A stretch of DNA of 64,000 nucleotides from Callorhinchus milii. Taxonomy: Eukaryota. This document shows positions 13,215 to 24,745 of the stretch, in pieces. Under the pieces are notes generated by a model. That model was given only the letters and a program-made list of their open reading frames with translations. It did no database searches and was not told where the DNA came from. The stretch covers positions 112,780,001 through 112,844,000 of the forward strand of contig NW_024704743.1 in assembly GCF_018977255.1 (NCBI RefSeq). The letters run 5' to 3'. Position 1 is the stretch's first letter, and the number at the start of each line of letters is the position of its first letter. The position numbers and the translations under genes were made by a program.

Positions 13215-13620
13215 GAGTGCAAGTGGTTAGCTGATTATTTTTTATGATAAATTCATGGAGGTTATGGATGGTAGAATTAAGAAGGTTGGCAAAGAGTGCA
13301 TTTGAGAAGTCTAGCTGGGTGTTAACATGAATGAATGGGGATTTCAGTGGCATTTGATACAAGAAGCGGGCAGTGGCAGATAATGTGGAGAAGATGAAAA
13401 AAGCAGTCTTGGTCAGGGACCAAATCTGGTGATGGTAGGAGAGCTGAGGATTGAATTGAATGCCAAAGCATCACACTTGTTTGATGGGTTTGAGAAAGGT
13501 TGAGGAGATCTTGAAGCAAGGAGACATTGCCAGGAACCGAGGAGACTCGTTTCTGTCTTGTCCTTGTTAAGCTGCAAGAAATTGCAGCTTATCCAGGCTT
13601 TGATGGTTGATTGGTGGACA
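13215..13620 (-). mobile_element. Degraded L2 fragment
   Basis: Minus ORF contains TQLDFSNALFANLLNSTIHNL, similar to L2 SRLDYANSLL..LPNS.LH.L. Confidence 0.7.
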
Positions 13621-15049
13621 GGACATCATTGAACCTGGAATCAGAGTGGAAAATCAGATGGTAGCGTGAATGCATTAACCCAATGTGATGTTATTCATGA
13701 CTTGCCATAATCCAGTTTTCTGATGATCCTTACAATTCAGTATTGCTCAGATAACCATTCTCAACAACTACCACCATTTGAATAGCTAAATAATTATATA
13801 GATTAAAATGCAATATCTAAAATCGCCATCTAGTGAATAAACCATGTTGTTACAGCGCTAGCTTGAAGAGAACAGAGTTGGTCTTGGTGTCTGCCATAGA
13901 GTCATAGGATTTTTTAAACACAGGGACCATTTGGCCCATTACCTTTTTCAATACATTGAGCCTCGTTATAATGTGGTGGTTATGGGTCCATATAATCCCA
14001 ACCTATCTTGTAATGAGGCTGAGATGGTAGACGACCAGTCAGCAATACTTCACCTTATGCTCGATGAACTGGTGACTGTTTTATAAACTTTCTAATAAGT
14101 TAGTGACTTTGACTACTGGACTTATTTTATAGTAGTGAAAAATTGGCTCAAATGAATATCCTTGCTTATTGTTTGATTAAAAACACTCCCTCTCCTCCTC
14201 CTCCCTCCCCCCCCCCCCCCCCCCCCCCCACCCACTGCAATAGCCCATAGTCAGATTTAGACCTGATTTAAATTGAGTTTCTTTGGCTCAACTATTACAT
14301 TTCTGAGTCAGTTACTGAAAAGGGCATTGTGTGTACAATATGTAGATTGTCTTGATCCTCTACAGATACTATGACAGGAGAATGTAACCTCTGGAATACA
14401 CTAAGCTATGACTGGTGATGCAGCACATTTCTTGCTTGGAATAATGTATGTCATGTCCTTAAAGCTGATTGGTTCCTGCAAGTTGCTTTATTTGATTGGT
14501 GATCACTCAACACTGTATCTGGAAATTATAGAAAATACTTGAGATGCCAAATCATCCAGCAGATTTTGACACTTCAAAATTGAATTTTTTGTAGCCTATA
14601 GTTAGTTTTGAAATTAGTTTTGTTTTCCCCTTCCTCCCCGTACGCTGCTGTTTGACGTTTTGAATAATAGTAACACCCACAACTGCCAAAGTGCCATTCT
14701 TGGATTCCTGCTAAGCCTGCTGTTTTCCAACTTGGAGTGGGGTTTCAGGCATTGCTTTACAGGATATTGATTTAGGTAAGTAGTCATGCTGTAAGCAGCA
14801 GTGACAGTTACACTTGCAGGATATACAATTTAGATTTATCTTGTGACTTTCACTTTGGGAAGAAGTCTCAAAACGCTTTATACATGCTTGTTTGGCAGCC
14901 AAACTGTTGGGATGGAATGGGAAAGATGACTGAAAGTACAGTCAAAGGGGGAAGATTAAGGCAGACGTTAACAGCAGCTATCCTCTTTTGGAGGGGTGTG
15001 GAGGAGGTAAGTGGGGTCGCCTTGAAACTGACCTGCCTCCAGGGTGACA

Positions 15050-15725
15050 ATAATAATAATCCTTGCATTTGATAGCGTCTTCACGTTGTTGAGATGTCTC
15101 AAAAGTGCTTCATGGAATATATTGTGGAGTCCTGTAGCTCAGTGGTTAGAGCACTCGCTTTGCAAGTGAATTGACTGTCATTTGAGGGCGAACCGGGCAG
15201 CCAATTGCGCACAGCAATGTCCCACAAACAGTCGTAGATTGAAAATGACCAATTATTATTGTTTTTTCTTTGAGGGATTATTATTGGCGTGTGGAGTAAG
15301 GCTGCCCGGTTCGCCCTACCTGCCTGGAATTCACTCAGGTTCTCGTAAAGCGCTTTCGGAGTGCTCTAACCACTGAGCTACATCAAAATGCTTATGAATT
15401 ATTATTGTAAAATGGATTGACTGTATTTTGTGGGTGAAACCCTCTGAAAGCAATCCACCAATCAACTAATAACTGAGTTCCTATTTACTGCTAGGTAAAC
15501 AACAACAACACAATTACATTTGTAAAGCGCCTTTAACATCTGGAGGACGTCCCAAGGCGCTGAACAGTTAGGGATCAGGACCTGAGCTTGGGGGCCAGGG
15601 TTGGGATGAGGGAGGACAGAGGGGGTAGGAAGTGTGTGGAGTAAGGAAACTTGCCTAAGGTTTCACCCCACCCAGGAATTGAACCTTGGTCCTCTTGCTT
15701 GCAAAGTGACCGTGCTAACCACTAC
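15050..15725 (-). mobile_element. Long-subfamily SINE hosting a nested rearranged SINE (~15124-15404) and an L2 tail (~15500-15630)
   Basis: Host tail at 15050-15123, body at 15405-15500 and head at 15632-15725 are collinear once the inserts are removed. Confidence 0.8.
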
Positions 15726-16394
15726 CTATGGGACATGTTTGGCAACGGAATGTCAGAATTGAGCCAACCCTCGCATGTCCACAGTACATCAGGCGCCACT
15801 GCTGATGATAGCCCAGTAAGCCTAGTTCATTGGCAGGCCTTGGAAAGGCAGACTAGCCACTGGGGGCAGGGACTCTTCGCATGCAACCCGTTGGTTTGCA
15901 GGGTTAACAGGAACTAACAGATAAAGTGGTCCTAGCTGGATACCCAGTGGGAAAGCTTGCCAGAGGGTACTTTCAATGGCAAGTAATGCAGTTTTAACTG
16001 GTCAGACTCCAGCAGTACCCCATGCACACTCTGTGGTCCTCAAGCTTTGGCTCTAGCCAACCTGTGCCTAAGAATCTCTGGAATTAGGTACAAAGTCCCA
16101 ACCCCCTCTCAAAAGTGGCGTACTTCAAGGAGGCATTGGGAGCCCTGGTCATAGACAGAATTGGAATAAGTTGTTTTGTTGCTTTCTTCTCCTTGGTACC
16201 CACTAATAATTTCAGAGTAGAAATACCTTGTGATTGCATCAGCCCAGAGGGAACTAATTGAAATTCACAATCATTTATAGACATTATAGTTGCACCCTGA
16301 TCTGTCACCTAATTTGTGGGTGGGGGGGAATGTTGGAGTTGGTACATTGCCATTTAATTAGAAAATGAAAGATCTGCTGGTTAGCAGATCTGCT

Positions 16395-16910
16395 GATAAT
16401 AATCCCTCAAGAAAAAGAATAATAAGTTGATCACTTCAATCCATGACTGTTTGTGGGACACTGCTGTGCGCAATTGGCTGCCGCGTTTTGCCCACAAAAA
16501 ATACAGTCAATTCACTTTACAGTATAATTCATTTTGTGGAGTCCTGTGGCTCAGTGGTTAGAGCACTCGCTTTGCAAGTGAGAGACCTGAGTTCAATTCC
16601 AGGCAGGGCGAAACCTTACTCCACACGCCTAATAATAATCCCTCCAAGAAAACAAAACAATAATAAATTGGTCATTCTCAATTCATATGACTGTTTGTGG
16701 GACATTGCTGTGCGCAATTGGCTGCCACGTTCGCCCACAAATATACAGTCAATTCACTTTACAATGTGTTCTGTGAAGCGCTTTGGGACGTCCTCCCGAC
16801 GTGAAAAGCGCTATATCAAATGCAAGGATTATTATTATTATATTCTGTGAAACCCTTTGAGACATCTAGAAGACGTGAAAAGCTCTATATCAAATGCAAG
16901 GATTATTATT
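16395..16910 (+). mobile_element. SINE 3' part with a young full-length SINE (16536-16840) nested inside
   Basis: Host stops at CACTTTACAGTATA (~16526) and resumes at TATTCTGTGAAACCC (16841). Confidence 0.88.
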
Positions 16911-17080
16911 AGTCATGAGTTTTAGTGCTGGCCTCGATTGCCCCAATCCCTGCTCTTAATTCCAATTTTGTAATCCAATGAGTTCAGTTTCTTCCATAAT
17001 GACGGTAATGGGCTGTAAGGTGCTAGTTACATTTGTGTTATAGCTACATAAACACTGATTCTTGTTTCCCTTATTTTTAG

Positions 17081-17236
17081 GTTATGTTCACTGGTGATAA
17101 TGTTCCTGTTCATCCTCACGTTTACAGCAATGGACACATCTGTTTATCCATCCTGACAGAAGACTGGTCTCCAGCTCTTTCTGTGCAATCAGTCTGTCTT
17201 AGCATCATCAGCATGCTTTCCAGTTGCAAAGAAAAG
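17081..17236 (+). CDS. UBE2W: UBE2W coding exon carrying the catalytic Cys
   Basis: tttttag|GTT...GAA AAG|gtaatc. Translates to [52 protein letters not shown], with the UBE2W-type HPH motif and active-site Cys codon at 17141-17143. 156 nt, phase 0/0. Confidence 0.98.
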
Positions 17237-18649
17237 GTAATCCATGATTAGATTTAAAGCTGCAATTGACCAAATAATGTTGCTCTTCACTGACCTGATT
17301 TCTTTTAACAAAAGGAAACTTGGGAGGCGAAAGAGAGAAATTCCTCTCGAGATTTTATATGAACATGAATTTGTGTGATGCACTAGAAAAGCAATTTGAA
17401 AAATATTGCAGAAAATAAAACTAGGTACTGCCACGAGAACCAAACCTGTTTTCAAAGCCTTTCTCTTGGTTAGGGAGAGAAAACAGTGAGTTACTGTATA
17501 CTGTATACTGAGTTACTGTACTGTATACTTTCTAGCTGTGATTGGTTTAAAGTGGTTTAGGCAAAGGCTATGGCATTATGAATAACTATCCCTAAAAGAA
17601 CCGTGAATTAATGAAAAGGAAACCACAAAGGCCTTATTTATTTCTGCAAGTATTTGTAGCACCTTCTGATTCAATTAAACGATTTAAAAAGTATGTTAAC
17701 CATCAAATGGAATTAACCTTCAGCAGCAGATGTGGTGACCAGCTTGTAGTGTAGAATGTTCAGTTAGGGAAACTGCAAGTATCTGAGAATGTCTTAACAA
17801 ATAGCATGAAGAATTCATGCTTAGAATCACCTGTTTACTTCAAACAAATTCTTACCAATTCTCTGGGCTCCCAAAGCCGCACAGCTGTTCTGTGAAAGAG
17901 CTCAAGACACTTGCTCCAGGAATCTGTAGTTTCAATAAAAAGTGACCTAAAATTGGGAGGAAGTGGTCTCCACTCCACTGAAGCACTTGGATAGATTTGG
18001 AAGTGCTGAACCAGCACTCATCACTTTGAGACAACAAGCACACTTTTATTACTTAGGAACAATTTAGCATGATGGTTTAATGTGAATCTATGAAATATAG
18101 TTAAAAGGGAAAAAATCTAGAGAGAGTACAATTGTTTTCCCACTGTTTTTTGAAAACATTAGCCTGAGGATAATTGTCATTTGATGTCAATGTTCGTACT
18201 GGTGTGGAGATCTTTGAATCTGGTTTCCCTCACTACTTGTCTGCTTCTGCAATGTCATTGAGTTCCAATGTGTGCTGTAATTGATCCATAGGAAAGGAGA
18301 GGGATAATGACCTCAAACTGAATGAAAGCTAATGTGGAACTACAGAAATTGTGAAACTCATACATTTGGGGTTCAGATTTTCAAGTGTCTCGCTCTGCTT
18401 AGGTCATTATTCTTTTATATAACAGGGAATCTAAAATACACTTTTTGATTCTACTTACCTTTTTTTAAAAAAAGCACTTTCTCGAGCATCAGTTTATTCT
18501 GATGTTTTTTTTTGCTGAACAACAATCATCTGAAATTTCATTTCCACTGGGCCAAAATAGATTTCAATGTGCAAAAAAGCTACTGCAGTTTTGAATCTTG
18601 TATATAAAAAAAGTCATGTCCCCTGAACATTGCTACATGTAATGATAAC

Positions 18650-19215
18650 AGCAGCATTTATATCGCTCCCTTCACTCGGGGTAGCGTCCCGCAGAGCTTG
18701 ACAGTGGCTGAGTCTGACCCCAAGCCAGGGTAAGAAGGAGGTGGACAAGCAAATCAGATATGTAGGGGGGTGCGAGAGCATGAAGGGATTTGATAACGAG
18801 TGAGAGGATCTTAAAATTGATCCGTCCAGTGATTGGGAGCCATTGGAGCCAAGCAAGGACCTGTGTGATGGGGGTGCAGAGTTTTATGCGGGTGAGAATC
18901 CAGACAGCGGAGTTCTGAATTAGTTGAATTTTGTGTATGTTGGAGCTGGGGAGACCAGTGAGGAGGACATTGGAATAGTCCAGCCAGGGAGTGAAGAAGG
19001 CGTGGACGAGTGTTTTGGTTGCTTTTGCTGTGAGGTACGACGGAGGCGGGCAATGTGATGGAGGTCGAAAAAAGTGGTGCTAGTCAAGGAATGGATGTGG
19101 GATAAAAAGGAAAGCTGGGGATCAAACCCGATGCCTAAGTTGCACATGGTTTCGGTGAGTCTGAGGGAGAGCCCAGGGAGGTTGAGGAGTTCAGACCCAC
19201 AGGAGAGAAGATGTT
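18650..19215 (-). mobile_element. L2 fragment
   Basis: Minus ORF contains CNLGIGFDPQLSFLSHIHSLTSTTFFDLHHIARLR; L2-type tail at the left end. Confidence 0.85.
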
Positions 19216-21647
19216 GACGCAAACCACATGGCATTTAATTGATTTGAACTTGGGGTCCGGTTTGAGCTGTAGAAGCTCCCTCCCCTCTCTCTGGGATTCT
19301 AGCCCGCAGTCCCTCGACCTCCTCCTCCCCCATTTTCTTCCCACCTCAAAAACCCACCTTTGATTGTGCTTTAAGCCACCCTTTTCCCTGCCCCAACTCC
19401 CAGTTCAGGCTCCCATTTAGATATGTGAAGCCCTTTCTGAGTGTGTCAGATACCTGGCTGGCTGGCCCCCCAAAATTCCTGAAGATTGATTGTCTACCTT
19501 GATTTGCCAAGTCTATGTTTGAATGTGACAAGCATGCTCATAATGGTGCCAATCCATTTATATCGCAGGTTACAGGAATTTACTGACTGAAGGGAATTCT
19601 CCATCAGTGGTGGTCAGCCTCTATGGTCAGCCAAAAAAAAGTCTTGATTGAATGAGTATTTCTTGATTTATCCATAAATCAAGAAATATTCAATCAAGGA
19701 AAAACTGAAAACACACTACCAAGCGAACATGGGCTTACCTAGACCTGTGCGAATGATCAGGGTGATGCTCGACGGCCTGGCAATGTGGACCATTTCCTGG
19801 CTGCACTTTACTTCTGTAAAGTAAAGAATGATAATTTAACAAATTACAACACAAAAACTGCAGTTTGCATTTGCTTCATTATTATACGTGTGCTAAATTT
19901 AGCTATAAAAGGAATTTTATTGGGCACTCAACCGAGCTGCATTCCGTTCTTTATTGCCAGCAGGTATCAGTGATTGTTCTGTTCCTCACTGACCTCCTTA
20001 ATAGCAAAAGACTAGATACAATTGACATCGTTTAGTAAGCAATTTCTAACAGGACTGAGATTAGCCAATCTCATTTAGTGTTTTCTGAATATGATTAAGT
20101 CCATGGTTTATCTAAAGTATTATTTTGCAATTTGAAACTAAATTTCGTTCCCAAATGTCACATTGACGGTTTAAATAACTTCCTTTTAGATTTGTTCTAA
20201 TCGTTCGAGTTTAGTAGATTTGGACTTGAGATTTTTGTTTTCATGGATGGGCTCTCCGCCTCACCGAGCCAGTATGGAACCTTGGTGTCTTTCTTCGATC
20301 CTCAACTGTCCTTTAAACCCTACATGGCGAAAATTAATATTGTCTAATTCATTTCTTTGCCAGAGGCAATTGGGTGAGGTCCACATTACACAAGTATTTG
20401 AAACGTCAGTGCACCTAGTGAAAAGGCAAATTGAAGTAGACTTATCAAATACTACTTCATAGATGTTTAGCTTTACTTTTTGTAGCAAGCTTCTTAGGCT
20501 TGTATTAGTCATAATGTTGGCAAAAATACCTATTTTAAAATTGTGTCACAGGATCTTTTAATATTCTCCTGAATACCTTGTCTGAAGGACCATACCTCCA
20601 CCAATGCAGTGCTTCCCTAGTATTGCATTGAACTGCTTCAGGTGTACTTTGCGTAGTTGAAAACTATAGAATGAATCTAGTTAACTGCCCCTTTTTTGTA
20701 ATTTTTTTTATAAACTCCTTGCAGAATCTCAGGGAGTGCAGAAATGCTTCTTAGTGTCTTTCTTAAAATTGTACTTCATAATCCTGAATCTGTAACTTTT
20801 TGTCTTGCTGACTTGGATTAACTCAAAGTATTGCTTTGGGTTTATTTTTCCATCACATTTATTATCTTAAAAATTCCCCTCTTAGATATCTTCTTGTCAT
20901 GGTAAAAGAGCTCAAGCTTATTATATGCTGTTATTCCTCATAGTTCACCCCTCTAAATGCTGGGAATCATTCTTGTTCTCTCCACTGCCTTCTAGGGCAT
21001 TAACAGTCTCCCATTATCGTGGTGATTGGAACTGTATGTACGAATTGTAATGCAGACCTAAGGGCAGGATATCAATGATTCTCTTCAATATAATGATGTC
21101 AGGCTGAAACTTGCACCTCAGTAAACATGAGGATTTTGAAGGAACATTGATAAAATTTCCACCCTGCAAAGCTTGTAACTTGTGCTGGAAGCTGTAAAAG
21201 CAAATCTACAAGATTTCTGTACTGCAAACATTTGATGACACTGACATTTTCATTTTTGAAGCACTGCTGAAACAATTTCTATTGTTACTCTCCACCAGGA
21301 TCAGTAACCATTTTATTGCTTTACTATTGTACTGCTAGGCTTTTTATGGTTTGGATCAATAAGTATTGAATGTTATCTACCTCCACTTTGAGCCATGCAT
21401 CAGGTTGTTAAGAGTGTTTTTTTTAATTCTCTTAATACAGAAAGTGCTTTGGTAAGTATTTACATCCAGTTAAACCTGAGTTCCAGTTGTAATTGGAACA
21501 ATGACTTGTTCACCTTGTCAATCTTACTAAATTAGTTTTGAAGTTTATGGTTGAAGGTTGCAAGGTTTCATTCATTTTAGAATTCTTCCTTGTTAACTAA
21601 TACGAATAATGTATTTTTAAAAATCTGCTTCAATAAATCCGTATCCA

Positions 21648-22040
21648 GTCTGGCCCAGTTGGGAGCACTTTTTCCTCAGAGTCAAGATCCACTGGAACTC
21701 GTATAGTCTAAGATGATATTCCAATGCAGTGCTGAGTATGTGCTGTTTTGTTGGAGGTGCCATCCTTCTTATGAGACATTAAACCAACACCCCATCTGCC
21801 TGTTCAGGTGGGTATTCCCATGGTATTTGAAAATAGAAGGGAATTTCTGCCGATGTCCTGACCAATAACCCCTAAAATTGGTCATTCACTTTATGGCTGT
21901 GGGGCATTACTGTGCACAAACTGGCTGCCATATTCATTGATAAAACATACAGTAATTGCACTTCACAGTATTTCCTGTAAAGTGCTTTGGGACGTCCTCC
22001 TGACATGAAAGGCACTGTACCAAATATAAGTGTTATTATA
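21648..22040 (+). mobile_element. Near full-length old Deu-type SINE
   Basis: Degenerate tRNA head, GGAGGTGCCATC..TGAGACATTAAACC central block, CTGTGCACAAACTGGCTGCC, and L2-like tail GGGACGTCCTCCTGACATGAAAGGCAC. Confidence 0.8.
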
Positions 22041-22198
22041 TCCAAAAGTCATAATCCTCTTTCTTATGAGATGTAATACAGTATTTATGTATATAAAAAG
22101 CAAGCAATGTCACTCCAATTCTGAGGAATAAGCTATCTTATCATATAACAGATTGTAATAATAGATGCATTCCAGTGACTTTTTTTCCTATATTACAG

Positions 22199-22274
22199 AG
22201 GCGGCCTCCTGATAATTCATTTTATGTAAGGACGTGTAATAAGAATCCAAAGAAAACAAAATGGTGGTACCATG
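22199..22274 (+). CDS. UBE2W: UBE2W penultimate coding exon
   Basis: ttacag|AGG CGG CCT...TAC CAT G|gtaagt. Translates to RRPPDNSFYVRTCNKNPKKTKWWYH. 76 nt. Confidence 0.97.
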
Positions 22275-24209
22275 GTAAGTGTGGGAACTTGAAGAGTTGA
22301 CTGTATTGTTCCAGAAATACTGGTGAATTTCCATCAAAGATCAAAACCATAATTTATTTTTCAGAAAATTTTAGGTGCAAAATTCAATTGTCTTCTGTTG
22401 ATCATATATAAAACGAACTGGAATATTCAGTTGTATTATTAAATCTTTGAACGAATACAAATAATGCTGTTTGAAACTCACAATGAGTAGAATCGCCGGC
22501 AAGAGAAGTCGTTGTACTTTACAGTAAATCCTGTGAAGTGCTTTGTGATGTTCCTCCAAACATGAAAGACACAATATCAGATACAAGCATTATTTTTATT
22601 TTCTCGGTGGTATCAAGAATGCCATTTAGGTATTTTACTTTATTTTGACCTGACACATTGTTGGGAGCAGGGAGGAGGATAGCATTATTCTGCAGGTTAA
22701 CAGATATCTAAAATGGAGAAACTATTGCATTTCTCAAATTCACATCGCTTAATAACCACAAAAGTCTCCCTTCTTTCTTCAACCCTCACCTGCTCAAAAA
22801 AAAAAAGATGGTGCAGTGGGAAAGAACACTGGAATATGAATTCCTTATCCCACAGTTGAATATAGATTCTGACCTAAAACTGCTGGCATTCCAATTTCAG
22901 CAGCTTTGTTTTGTTGACCATGAAGGAAAAAAACTAGCCAGGGAGTAGCAGAGAAAAACTCTGGAAGCAGGTGACTTGCCCCTTCTCTTAAAGAGCACAT
23001 TGCCTGGCATAGACACAGCAGACAAAATGGAGGTTAAAAAAACATGGGAGCAATGTGCACAAAGGAATATTCAGTATGACAGTGTACAATAATTAATATC
23101 AATTAACTTGTTAATCTACTGCAAGATCTTGTGATGCCATTTAGACATTCTTCTTTATTTCAGACACCCTTCATTATACCACTGGGTTTCGGCGCCGTTG
23201 GGAAGAAAATGTGAAAGTAACAAAGGGCAACTTACCTTTAAAACTGATCTAATGATGTTGGACACTCACATACACTGTAAACACACCACCATCCTTTGTT
23301 TTAGTTTACATTGCCAGGAAAACTTATATATCTGCCTTGTGCTAGAATTTTTCCTGTGATTGGGATAGTTTTCTTGGTTTGTACTTCAGGATCGTTCATC
23401 ACTTTTCTTGGTTGATCCCACATATTTATAAAGATGCACATGTAAATGTGATTTTTAGTCATATTTCTCATGTACTGGTTCAGTAACAGTTATTAGGATC
23501 TTCGAGTTTTAGATTTGAACTATATTTGGAACCAACCATAGCACGTTTTATGATATCATTCTATACTGACAAACACTGCGTCCATTGCAATCCAGTCTGG
23601 AGCATCACTGACTCCCGTGATTGATCTCTTCTGGTTAACTTCTTACAAACGTTTCTGTCCACTTTTGTGTGATTTGGCAAGTTAAAAGACTGGCACTGAT
23701 CATGTGCAAAATCTTAACCTCGACTGGTTGCCAATGTGCACTGTAGAGTGGCACAGTTGGCTTGAGCGGATCCTGCTCTATTGAAGCTTTGAACAAATCA
23801 TCCGACCGTGTTAGGTTGGTGTGGGGGGGGGAGCAGGAGCCAAAACTGCTTCATTATCAGGACATCAGAAGAATTCTATGCACTTGATGCAGCAAAGGAC
23901 CAAGCAGAAAGGTACATTAACGCAATTCAGCACTGAATCGGATACTGCCTCATTGGATTCAGATTGAGAATGATTGACTTCCCTTTTTTGCCACAGTTCT
24001 AGACAATCTTTCTTCACTATTTGGCAAAATCTGAGTACAGCTGTTGATTAAAAAGAGAAGGGCAATTTGCACATCAGTTGTGTTTGCAGTTGTACAGGTG
24101 TGAGTTGGACCATCTGAAGCACCTTCAGTGGGCTTTCTCTTTGCTTACGATCATTGATCTCTGACTGTGACTTTGTGTGGTAATGTAGGAACCTAACCTT
24201 GCCTAGCAC

Positions 24210-24745
24210 CCTGATTCTGCTCTATCTCCGTTGCACTATTGGGCCTCGCGCTTTCAGCAACTATGCCCTGAAACTCTGGAATATTCTCTCCCCTTTTTCA
24301 AGTCCCGCCTGAAAACCTTCCTTTTCGACCATGCTTACAGTCACCTTCCCCACCGACTCAGAGTCAGGCACCGCCACTGTTAAGTGCTCAGAAATGCTAC
24401 CCTGCATGCAAGGCGTTATCATAGATACAGCACAAAAAGAGGCCATTCGGCCCATCAAGTCTGTGCCGGCTCTTTGAGAAGAGCAATGTAATGTCAATCC
24501 CACTCCCCAGCCCTTTCCCCATAACCCTGCAAACCCATCCTCCTCAAATACCCGTCCACCGCGTTTTTAAAAGTCCTCGACCATCCTTTCAGGCAATGCG
24601 TTCCAGATTTGAACAACTCGCTGCGTGAAAAAATTTCTTCTCACCTCCCCTCTGCTTCTTTTAGATACTATTTTGAATCTGTGACCTCGAGTCACCGACA
24701 CACCCACCAGTGGAAACAGCTATATAATTGCAAGTTGTTGTTGTA
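24210..24745 (+). mobile_element. L2 3' end with an antisense CR1 3' fragment (~24420-24719) inserted in its tail
   Basis: L2 tail GCAAGGCG... resumes as CTATATAATTGCAAGTTGTTGTTG after the insert. The insert has the CR1-type GAGGCCATTCGGCCCATC.AGTCTGTGCCGGCTC. Confidence 0.78.

Noticed and set aside
14200..14232. Long poly-C tract (also 54736-54750)
   Set aside because: Simple homopolymer of unreliable length; no supporting context for function.
16443..16850. Recurring peptide ...[19 protein letters not shown]...[14 protein letters not shown] in several ORFs
   Set aside because: Incidental translation of the SINE 3' half; the recurrence reflects copy number, not a gene family.
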